This document shows positions 50,303-58,270 of a DNA stretch of 64,000 nucleotides, one piece after another (positions within the stretch are counted from its first letter, which is position 1; every line of letters starts with the position of its first letter). Under the pieces are notes generated by a model that searched no databases, had not been told where the DNA came from, and saw only the letters and a program-made list of their open reading frames with translations. Source of the stretch: an uncultured delta proteobacterium (GTDB lineage Bacteria; Myxococcota_A; UBA9160; UBA4427). Position numbers and translations under genes: made by a program. The DNA lies in the NCBI GenBank assembly GCA_963822965.1, contig CAWGJT010000012.1, positions 1-64,000 on the forward strand, given 5' to 3'.

Positions 50303-51232
50303 GCGGGAGACTCCGCCAGCTCCTTCAGGATCGCGTCACCGCCAGCTCCCAGGATCGCGTCGGCGACCGCCTCTCCGAGGCCGGTGGCGGCGTCGGCCGC
50401 GCCCCGCGCCTCGCGGCGGAGCGAGTCGGCTGCCGTCGCGGCTCGCCAGCAGCCCGCGCACGCGCAGCTCGCCGTCGCCGTCGAAGACGGCATACACCGC
50501 CAGCGGGGTCGTGCAGTCGCCCTCGAGGCGCGCCAGGAAGGCACGCTCGGCGGTCGCGCACACGACGCACGCCGTTCGTCGTCCAACGCGCGCCAGCCTC
50601 GCGGCCAGCGGGTCGTCGGCGCGCGTCTCGAGCGCGAGCGTGCCCTGGCACACCGCGGGCAGCAGGACGTCCTCCGGGATGCGTTCGGTGATCTCGCTCG
50701 CGAGACCCAGCCGATCGAGGCCCGCACAGGCCAGCACCACCGCGTCGAGGCCCTCGCTCTCCATCTTCGCGATGCGCGTCGGCACGTTGCCGCGCAGGGG
50801 CACGATCTCCAGGTCGGGCCGGGCGGCGAGCAGCTGCGCGCCGCGGCGCGTGCTGCCCGTGCCCACCCGCGCACCCGGCGAAAGGGTGGCCACCCGCAGC
50901 GCGGGCTCCCGCGCCACCAGCGCGTCGCGCGGATCCTCTCGCTGGGGGAACGCCACCAGGGCGAGTCCCGCCGCCGTGCGCGCCGGCAGATCCTTGGCGC
51001 TGTGCACCGCTACGTCCGCGCGTCCTTCGAGCAGGCTCTCCTCGATCTCCTTCACGAAGAGGCCCTTGCCGCCGATCTTCGCGAGGGAGACGTTCTGCAC
51101 GCGATCGCCGGTGGTCTTCACCACGACGATCTCCGTCTCGAGCCCGAGCTCGCCCCGGATGCGCGCGGCCACGTAGCGGGCCTGCACGAGCGCCAGGTCG
51201 CTGCCCCGCGTCGCGATGCGGACCGCGCTCAC
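50299..51232 (-). CDS. hemC: Hydroxymethylbilane synthase; frameshifts near the 3' end
   Basis: IATRGS.LAL.Q, GGKGLFVKEIE, VHSAKD, LRGNV.TR and LEGDCTTP. Confidence 0.95.
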
Positions 51233-52596
51233 TCCTCGTCCCCCCGATCCGGATCGAGCTCGCCCGCGGCCCCGCTCCGGCCGCCTGCTTCGGTGCTGGC
51301 GCCCAGGGTGGCGTCGATGTGACCGCCTGGGGCGCTGGTGTCGTCGAGTGCGAAGAGCTCGCGCGCGGCTTCGAGCATCGCCAGCCCCTCCTCGCGTCCG
51401 GTCTCCGCCCGCAGCCTCGCGAGCGGCGCGTGCAGCAGCTTGTTCACCACCCGCCGGGTGAGCGCCTCGACCCGCTCGAGCTGCGCGCCTTCGAGCGCGA
51501 CGCCGCTCGCGAAGCGCTCCAGCTCCTGGGCGACGATGGCCTCCGCCCGGGCGCGCAGGTGGCGGATGGTGGGGACGGCCTGCAGGGCCACGAGCCAGCC
51601 GTCGAAGCGCTGCTCCTCCTCGAGCACGATGCGCTCGCCGCGCTGGGACTCGCGCCGCCGCTCCTCGGCGTTGGCGGCGGCCACCTCCTGCAGATCGTCC
51701 ACGTCGTACAGATAGGCCGTGTCGAGCTCGTTGACGGCGGGATCGACGTTGCGCGGAACGCCGAGGTCGACCAGGAAGAACGGTCGGTTCTGCCGGGCCC
51801 GCTGGGCGGCGCGCACCCGGTCCAGGCCGAGCAGGACGTCGTCTCCGCCCACGCAGGTCAGCACGATGTCGGCGCCCGGAAGCAGCTCGTCGAGCTCGTC
51901 GAGGCCGTGTGCGGTGGCTTCGAATCGATCCGCGAGCTCGCGGGCATGGGCCACGGTCCGATTCGCCACGCGAAGCTGGGTGAGCCCCTCGCGCCGGAGG
52001 GAGACCATGGCGGCCTCGATCATCTCGCCGGCCCCCACGAGCAGCGCCTTCTTGTCGTCGAGCCGCTCGAAGATCTGCCGCGTCAGGTCGACGGCCACCT
52101 TCGCGACCGACACCGGCCGCTCGGCGATGCGGGTCTCGTTCTTCACGCGCTTCGCGGTGGCGAAGGCCCGTTGGAAGAGCCGGGACAGCACGGGACCGCA
52201 GGTGCCGCTCTCGACGGCGTCCCGGTACGCGTCCTTGAGCTGCCCGAGGATCTGCGGCTCGCCCACCACCATCGAGTCCATGGCGGACGCGACCCGGAAC
52301 ACGTGCCGCACCACGTCCCGGTCCCAGTACTCGTAGAGATGCTCGGGGCGCAGCGCCACCGGACCTGGCGACCCGGCGCGCGCGAAGAAGTCGTGGAGCC
52401 GCATCCGCGCGGCCTCGGGCTGGCGCGTGGTCGCGACCACCTCCACGCGGTTGCAGGTGGAGACGAGCACCACCTCCTCGATCTCGTCCGCGGTCGCGAG
52501 CTTCTGCAGCACCGGGCCGAGGTCGGAGACCGCAAACCGCTCGCGCACCTCGATGGGCGCGGTCTTGTGGTTCATGCCCAGCATCAAGAGCTTCAT
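51229..52596 (-). CDS. hemA: Glutamyl-tRNA reductase
   Basis: GMNHKTAPIEVRE, STCNRVE, SMVVGEPQILGQ, GAGEM and DLGVPRNVD. Confidence 0.96.
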   Translation of the reverse strand: MKLLMLGMNHKTAPIEVRERFAVSDLGPVLQKLATADEIEEVVLVSTCNRVEVVATTRQPEAARMRLHDFFARAGSPGPVALRPEHLYEYWDRDVVRHVFRVASAMDSMVVGEPQILGQLKDAYRDAVESGTCGPVLSRLFQRAFATAKRVKNETRIAERPVSVAKVAVDLTRQIFERLDDKKALLVGAGEMIEAAMVSLRREGLTQLRVANRTVAHARELADRFEATAHGLDELDELLPGADIVLTCVGGDDVLLGLDRVRAAQRARQNRPFFLVDLGVPRNVDPAVNELDTAYLYDVDDLQEVAAANAEERRRESQRGERIVLEEEQRFDGWLVALQAVPTIRHLRARAEAIVAQELERFASGVALEGAQLERVEALTRRVVNKLLHAPLARLRAETGREEGLAMLEAARELFALDDTSAPGGHIDATLGASTEAGGRSGAAGELDPDRGDEE

Positions 52597-53384
52597 GCCA
52601 GCACCCCGATGCCCACCACCGCGAACAGCAGGAAGAAGAAGCCCGCCACGGCGCTGGCCGCCGCCTGGCGCGCCCCCTGGTGGCCGACGAAGCGCGCCGT
52701 CACGAGACCGGCGTAGATCCCCCAGGCAACGACCGTCCACACCTCGTGGCTCGAGCCCACCCAGAGCGTGCCGTAGGTGTGTCGCAGCCAGAGCATGCCG
52801 GTCACCACGCCCAGGGTGAGCAGCGGGAACCCGACGGCGAGGGCGACCATGTTCACGCGATCGAGCGCCTCGAGCGAGGGAAGCACGCTGCGAGCCCGGA
52901 GGTGCCGCTTGCGCTTGAGACGCCGGTGCTCGACCAGGAAGAAGAGGCCCGCGATGCCCGCGACACCCAGCAGGCCGAGCCCGGCCCCGCCGAGCAGCAC
53001 GTGCATGTGGGGCCAGGAGCCCGACGGTGCGATCCCGGCCTGGGGCTCGTCGACCAGGCGGAGGGCGCCGGCGAACACCGCCAGGAAGGCCACCGGTCCA
53101 GCGACGGCGGTGAGCGCGGGGATGCGCAGCCGCCACATGAGCGCCAGCAGCGACAGCACCCCCATCCACGCCATGAACGAGACGGCCATCGGCAGGTCGG
53201 TCACGGGCGGCGCGCTGGGCAGCCGGTGCAGGGTCGCGAAGCCGAGTCCGTGCAGCAGGGCCGCCAGCGCGAGGCCGACGGCCGCGCCGCGCTCCATCCG
53301 CGGGCTGCCGACGACCACCCCGAGCAGGGCGCCGATTCCGGCGGCAAGATACAGAGCGGCGGCAATCTGGTGGAATTCGACCAC
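52593..53384 (-). CDS. ccsA: Cytochrome c assembly protein (CcsA/HemX-like)
   Basis: Eight TMs; LPSLEALD, GFPLLTLG..TG.LW and W.IY motifs; ATGA overlap with hemA. Confidence 0.82.
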   Translation of the reverse strand: MVEFHQIAAALYLAAGIGALLGVVVGSPRMERGAAVGLALAALLHGLGFATLHRLPSAPPVTDLPMAVSFMAWMGVLSLLALMWRLRIPALTAVAGPVAFLAVFAGALRLVDEPQAGIAPSGSWPHMHVLLGGAGLGLLGVAGIAGLFFLVEHRRLKRKRHLRARSVLPSLEALDRVNMVALAVGFPLLTLGVVTGMLWLRHTYGTLWVGSSHEVWTVVAWGIYAGLVTARFVGHQGARQAAASAVAGFFFLLFAVVGIGVLA

Positions 53385-53497
53385 GTGGCGGTTCTCGTTC
53401 GGCGAGGCGGGGAAATCCGGGGAATGACCCCCGAGTATAGGCCCTGGGAGAGAAATCGACCGGACGTCCGCGGAGCCGTAGCACGGCGCGGAGCCGT

Positions 53498-54037
53498 TCA
53501 GCGACGCTTCAGACGCTCCATCTGGGCCTGGATGCGGGCGGCGTCGTTCGTCATCTCGAAGACGCGATAGGCGGGCTCACCGAACAGCACGAAGCGGATC
53601 TCGTCGAACGGCTCGGGTCCCGCCTGCCAGGCACGCGCCTCCTCGAGGGAGATCTCGGCGCAACGCTGCAGCGAGAGCCCGCCCACGCCGGCTCCGATCG
53701 CCGGCAAGGCGAGGGTGGTGCAGCCCTGCTCGCGCGCGCGCTCGAAGCTCCGGCGCACGCTCCGGCGCACGCTCTCCTCCGTGGCCGATCCGCCGGGCGG
53801 CATGCCGGCGGCGTGGATCACCCAGCGCGCCGGCAGATCGCCGGCGCCGGTGACCGCGGCGTCTCCCACCTCGATGGGACCGTGGGCATCGCACTCGGCC
53901 TGGATCGACGGTCCGCCCCGCGACCGGATCGCACCCGCCACGCCGCTGCCGAGCACGAGCGCGCTGTTCGCGGCGTTCACGATGGCGTCGACCTCCTGCA
54001 GGGTGATGTCTCCCTCCACGAGCGTGATGCGTCCCAT
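53498..54037 (-). CDS. Macro domain protein (ADP-ribose binding/hydrolase, YmdB-like)
   Basis: GDIT..VDAIVNAAN..L..GSGVAGAI, VIHA and PAIGAGVGG. Confidence 0.92.
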   Translation of the reverse strand: MGRITLVEGDITLQEVDAIVNAANSALVLGSGVAGAIRSRGGPSIQAECDAHGPIEVGDAAVTGAGDLPARWVIHAAGMPPGGSATEESVRRSVRRSFERAREQGCTTLALPAIGAGVGGLSLQRCAEISLEEARAWQAGPEPFDEIRFVLFGEPAYRVFEMTNDAARIQAQMERLKRR

Positions 54038-54093
54038 CTGGCGTCTCCCTCGCGCGTTCGGCGCGGGCTCGGGCGCGGTGCCGGCTCGGGCCC

Positions 54094-55113
54094 TCAGCGG
54101 GCGGGCTTCTTGCCGCGCGCGGCGGGGGTCGTACCCCGTCGCCCGCGCCCGCTCCGGCGCGGCGCAGCCTCCATCGCCTCGACGTACCCCGCAGCCAGCA
54201 GCGGCACGGTGATCTCGTGGTGGCCGATCAGGCTGATCCCGCGGCCCCCGAGCCGGGTGGGTCGCTCGACCACGTTCACCGTCGGGCGGTACTGGCGCAC
54301 GAAGTCCAGGTTGACGGCGGTGAAGCGACGCACGCGGTGACCGAGGTTGCGGGCCAGGGAGAGCGCCTTCAGGAACACCTCGGGCAGGATCACCGCCGAC
54401 CCCACGTTGAAGATGACGCCACCTTCGAGGGTGGCCACCAGCCCGGCCAGGGTCTCGAAGTCGCGATAGCTGGTGGCTCCGAGGGCGGCGCCGTCCGCGC
54501 TCTCGTGCATGTGGTGGATGTCGGCGCCGACGGCGACGTGCACGGTGACCGGAACGCCCAGACGCGCCGCCGTCGCCAGCACGGAGCGGGCCTTGTGGGG
54601 GTAGCGACCGTCGGCGATCTCCCGGCCCACCGCCGTCCCCATGCCGATGCCCGCTTCGGCACCGCGTCGAATGGCCTCGTTGAGCCGGGCCGACGTCTCG
54701 CGGGCCATCCCGAAGCTGCCGTCGTCGAGGGACGCGGCCACGTCCTCGCTGGTGCGGCCCATCATGGCGAGCTCCAGATCGTGGACGCAGCCGGCCCCGT
54801 TCATCAGGAGGCCCGAGACGGCGCCGCGCTCGAGCAGATCGACCACGATCGGCGCGAGACCCACCTTGATGAGGTGCGCGCCGAAGCCGAAGAGCACGGT
54901 CTTGTCGCCGCGGCGGGCGCGCACCCAGGCGTCGATGGCCGCCCGCAGCTCCGCGGCCCCGAGAATGGCCGGAAGCTCGTCCAGGAACTCGGCGAAGGAT
55001 CCCCCGGCGCGGTGGGGCCGCGCCTCGTCCCGAAGCCGCACCTTGCTCGGCCGGCGGCGCGCGGGCGTCGTGCGGACCTTGGAACGGTCGATGGGGCGGG
55101 GCGGGCGGCTCAC
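54094..55113 (-). CDS. Deoxyhypusine-synthase-like conserved protein of unknown function
   Basis: GAHLIKVGL, MNGAGCVHD.E, TSEDV, FGMA.ET, GADIHHMH, NVGSAVILPEVFLKA and GHHEI; GTGA overlap with gmhA. Confidence 0.7.
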   Translation of the reverse strand: MSRPPRPIDRSKVRTTPARRRPSKVRLRDEARPHRAGGSFAEFLDELPAILGAAELRAAIDAWVRARRGDKTVLFGFGAHLIKVGLAPIVVDLLERGAVSGLLMNGAGCVHDLELAMMGRTSEDVAASLDDGSFGMARETSARLNEAIRRGAEAGIGMGTAVGREIADGRYPHKARSVLATAARLGVPVTVHVAVGADIHHMHESADGAALGATSYRDFETLAGLVATLEGGVIFNVGSAVILPEVFLKALSLARNLGHRVRRFTAVNLDFVRQYRPTVNVVERPTRLGGRGISLIGHHEITVPLLAAGYVEAMEAAPRRSGRGRRGTTPAARGKKPAR

Positions 55114-55778
55114 CGCGCCTTCTCCGCGGCCACGGCAGACCCGGCAGTCCGGCCACCCGATCCCTCGGAGCCGGCGCGCAGCCCGGCGTCCACCACCTCG
55201 CAGAGCAGGTGTCCGATCGTGATGTGCGCCTCCTGGATACGCGGCGTCTCGTCGGAGGGCACCCGGATGGCCAGGTCCACGCGACCGGCCAGCGCACCGC
55301 CGTCCCGGCCGGTGAGAGCCACCGTGAAGAGCCCCACGGCGCACGCCGCCTCCACCCCGGCGATCACGTTCGGCGAGTTGCCCGAGGTGGAGAGCGCCAG
55401 GGCGAGATCGCCGCGCCGGCCGTGGGCGGCGACGCCCCGGGCGAAGACGTGCTCGTATCCGTAGTCGTTGGCGAGGGCCGTGAGCTCGGCGGGATTCGCC
55501 GCCAGCGCCAGGGCGGGAAGCGCCCGGCGCTCGCCCGCGTAGCGCCCCACCCATTCCGCCGCGAGGTGCAGCGCGTCCGAGGCGGAGCCCCCATTGCCGA
55601 AGAGGAGCACCTTGCCTCCGTGCTCGAAGGTCCGCAGCAGCTCGTCGCCGGCGCGGGCAATCTCCGAGGCGCAGCTCGCGAGCAGCTCCTGCTTCACGCG
55701 GATGCTCTCGGCGAGGGCGGCTCGCACGCAGGTCAACGCCGCGGGGCTCGCGGGCTTTCCGGAGACGGAGTCGTTCAC
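55110..55778 (-). CDS. gmhA: D-sedoheptulose 7-phosphate isomerase
   Basis: FGNGGSASDA.H.AAE, TALANDYGY, STSGNSPN and PRIQEAHI; start GTG 55778 behind TACACT. Confidence 0.93.
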   Translation of the reverse strand: MNDSVSGKPASPAALTCVRAALAESIRVKQELLASCASEIARAGDELLRTFEHGGKVLLFGNGGSASDALHLAAEWVGRYAGERRALPALALAANPAELTALANDYGYEHVFARGVAAHGRRGDLALALSTSGNSPNVIAGVEAACAVGLFTVALTGRDGGALAGRVDLAIRVPSDETPRIQEAHITIGHLLCEVVDAGLRAGSEGSGGRTAGSAVAAEKAR

Positions 55779-56029
55779 CGGGCCGAGTGTAAGCAAAGCG
55801 AACGAATCCGGCGCCTTACCTTGCGTGCAGTCGGGCGGGAAGCCTGGCGGGGCCAGCCGGCATCGAAGCCGACCAGAAGCCGGTCGCGGCGAACCGACGG
55901 GAGCGCTAGAAAGTGCGAGCCGGCACGTGCAACCCGCAGGACGAGTCGGAACCCGCAGGCAGGACCGGGCGGGGAGACCGGACGAACGCCCGGAACCATG
56001 TTCCGGAACGACGGGAGAAGGGACGAATC

Positions 56030-56353
56030 ATGGCAGAGACCCAAGACGTCACGGATGTGACCTTCGAAGCCGAGGTGCTCCACTCCGACAAGCCCGTGGT
56101 GCTCGACTTCTGGGCCGAATGGTGCGCTCCGTGCCGGGCGATCTCGCCGATCATCAAGCAGCTCGCCGAGGACTACGACGGCCGGGTGAAGATCGTGAAG
56201 ATGAACATCGACGAGAACCCGGAGACCCCGGGCAAGTACGGCGTGCGAGCGATTCCCACCGTGCTGGCCTTCCAGGGCGGACAGGTCGTCGCGCAGCTCC
56301 AGGGAGCCCGCCCCAAGGCGGCCTTCGAGGAGATGGTCCAGAAGCTGCTCTGA
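56030..56353 (+). CDS. trxA: Thioredoxin
   Basis: PVVLDFWAEWCAPCR and YGVRAIPT. Confidence 0.93.
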   Translation: MAETQDVTDVTFEAEVLHSDKPVVLDFWAEWCAPCRAISPIIKQLAEDYDGRVKIVKMNIDENPETPGKYGVRAIPTVLAFQGGQVVAQLQGARPKAAFEEMVQKLL

Positions 56354-56417
56354 GCCGCTGCGACGGGGACCGTGCGCGGCGGCGGTGATCGGCCTGGCGC
56401 GGCGGCGGTCCGGCCCC

Positions 56418-57104
56418 TCAGCGGGCCGGCGCCCGGACGGGCCCCGGCGCCTCGAAGAAGCGCACGGGCCAGCGACGGCGCACGGCCTTCCGGTACAGCA
56501 CCGGGTCCGGGTTCGTGACCACCGGGTGGCCGACCAGCTCCAGCAGCGGCATGTCGGTCACGGAATCGGTGTAGAAGTAGCTGCGTGCGAGGTCCACCTC
56601 CTGGTCCTCGATGAACTGCTGGATCCAGTAGATCTTGCCCTCGTCGAAGCACAGCGGCTCGAGGAAGCGTCCCGTGAGCCGCCCGTCCTCCACCTCGAGG
56701 CGGGAGCACAGGAAGTGCTTCACGCCCAGATACTCCGCCATCGGCTCGACCACGTAGCGCGTGGCGCCGCTCACGATCGCCACCGCGTGACCCCGGTCGT
56801 GATGCTCCGCCACGAGGCGCGCCGCCTCGGGGTAGATCGTGTCCCGGACGAGCGCGTCGAAGAGTCGCCGGCCCTCGTCGGCCAGCTCCACCTCCGGCCG
56901 GCCCCGGAACTCGACCATCATGGACTTCGTCCAGGCCTGGATGTCGAGCACTCCGAGCTTGTACCGGAGGTAGGCACCGAGGCCCATGGCGAGATCCCAG
57001 CCCGAGACCTCTCCGAGCTCGTAGCGGTGCTTCATGTAGAGCGACGCCGAGTTCTCCGAGATGATCGTCTTGTCCATGTCGAAGAGGGCGGCGACACGGG
57101 ACAT
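56418..57104 (-). CDS. HAD-IB family hydrolase (SerB-like subfamily)
   Basis: FDMDKT, IVSGA, GK, YTDS.TD.PLL and NPD; GGAGGAG RBS. Confidence 0.88.
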   Translation of the reverse strand: MSRVAALFDMDKTIISENSASLYMKHRYELGEVSGWDLAMGLGAYLRYKLGVLDIQAWTKSMMVEFRGRPEVELADEGRRLFDALVRDTIYPEAARLVAEHHDRGHAVAIVSGATRYVVEPMAEYLGVKHFLCSRLEVEDGRLTGRFLEPLCFDEGKIYWIQQFIEDQEVDLARSYFYTDSVTDMPLLELVGHPVVTNPDPVLYRKAVRRRWPVRFFEAPGPVRAPAR

Positions 57105-57166
57105 GCTCTCCTCCAGGGCGGCTCCAGGACGGCCCACCCGGGAATCTATCACGCGCGACGCCCGGC

Positions 57167-58270
57167 TCAGAACACGTAGCGCCGCATCGAGACGTTCAGC
57201 AGCAACCCCACGGCGATCCCTGCCGACAGGAAGGCCGAGCCGCCGTAGCTGAACAGCGGCAGCGGCACGCCGATCACCGGGGCCAGCCCGAGCACCATGG
57301 CGATGTTGATCGTCGCGGGCCAGAACAGGGTACCCACCACCCCCACGGCCAGCATCGCCCCGAAGGCGTCCTTGGCGTTGCGGGCCACCCAGAGGCCCCA
57401 GAGCAGCAGGATCAGATAGAGGGACAGCACCACGGCGCTGCCCACGAAGCCCCACTCCTCCGCCAGAACCGAGAAGATGAAGTCCGTGTGCTGGGTGGGC
57501 AGGAACCGCAGCTGGGTCTGGCTGCCCTCCATCCAGCCCGTTCCGAAGAGCCCGCCGGACCCGACGGCGATGCGGGACTGCATGGCCTGGTAGCCGGACG
57601 CGAGGGGATCCCGCGACGGGTCGAGGAAGTCGAGGATCCGCGTGCGCTGGTAGTCGCGCAGCCCATAGCTCCAGAATGCCGCCAGCCCCGCGAGACCCGC
57701 CAGCCCCAGACCCGCCCAGGCCTGCCACGGAATCCGCACGAAGGGCAGGAAGGTCACGCCGATCAGCAGGATCAGAAGCGCGACGCCGATGTCGTTCTGC
57801 AGCGCGACGATCGCCACCGGCACGCCGATGATCACGAGCGGCATGCCCAGGTGCGTGAGGCGCGTGATCTCCGTGGGCGGATTTCGCTGGAAGTAGCGCG
57901 CCAGGGCCAGCACCAGGCCGATCTTCGCGAGCTCGGAGGGCTGCACGCGTCCTTCGAAGAGCCACGCCTGGGCGCCGCGCGTGACGGGCGAGAGCAGGAT
58001 CGGCAGCAGCAGCAGAAACACGCTGCCCAGGTAGATCGGCATGGCGAGTCGCGCGAAGCGCCGGTAGTCGACCGCGCAGGCACCGACCATGGCCGTTCCC
58101 GCCACGGCGAGCGCCAGGAGCTGGCGCCGGAAGATGTCGTTGGTATCGGCCTCCACCCCGGCGTGGGTGGCGGAGAGCAGGTTCACCAGGCCCAGCCCGA
58201 CGAGAAGCAGCACCAACGAGAGCAGCACCCAGTCGAAGTTCTGGATCGAGCGGCGGTCAATGCGAAGCAA
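57167..58270 (-). CDS. rodA: Rod shape-determining protein RodA
   Basis: QPSELAK, YQ..RI..F.DP, QS.IAVGSGG, HTDFIFSVLAEEWG and PLPLFSYGGS. Confidence 0.95.
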   Translation of the reverse strand: MLRIDRRSIQNFDWVLLSLVLLLVGLGLVNLLSATHAGVEADTNDIFRRQLLALAVAGTAMVGACAVDYRRFARLAMPIYLGSVFLLLLPILLSPVTRGAQAWLFEGRVQPSELAKIGLVLALARYFQRNPPTEITRLTHLGMPLVIIGVPVAIVALQNDIGVALLILLIGVTFLPFVRIPWQAWAGLGLAGLAGLAAFWSYGLRDYQRTRILDFLDPSRDPLASGYQAMQSRIAVGSGGLFGTGWMEGSQTQLRFLPTQHTDFIFSVLAEEWGFVGSAVVLSLYLILLLWGLWVARNAKDAFGAMLAVGVVGTLFWPATINIAMVLGLAPVIGVPLPLFSYGGSAFLSAGIAVGLLLNVSMRRYVF

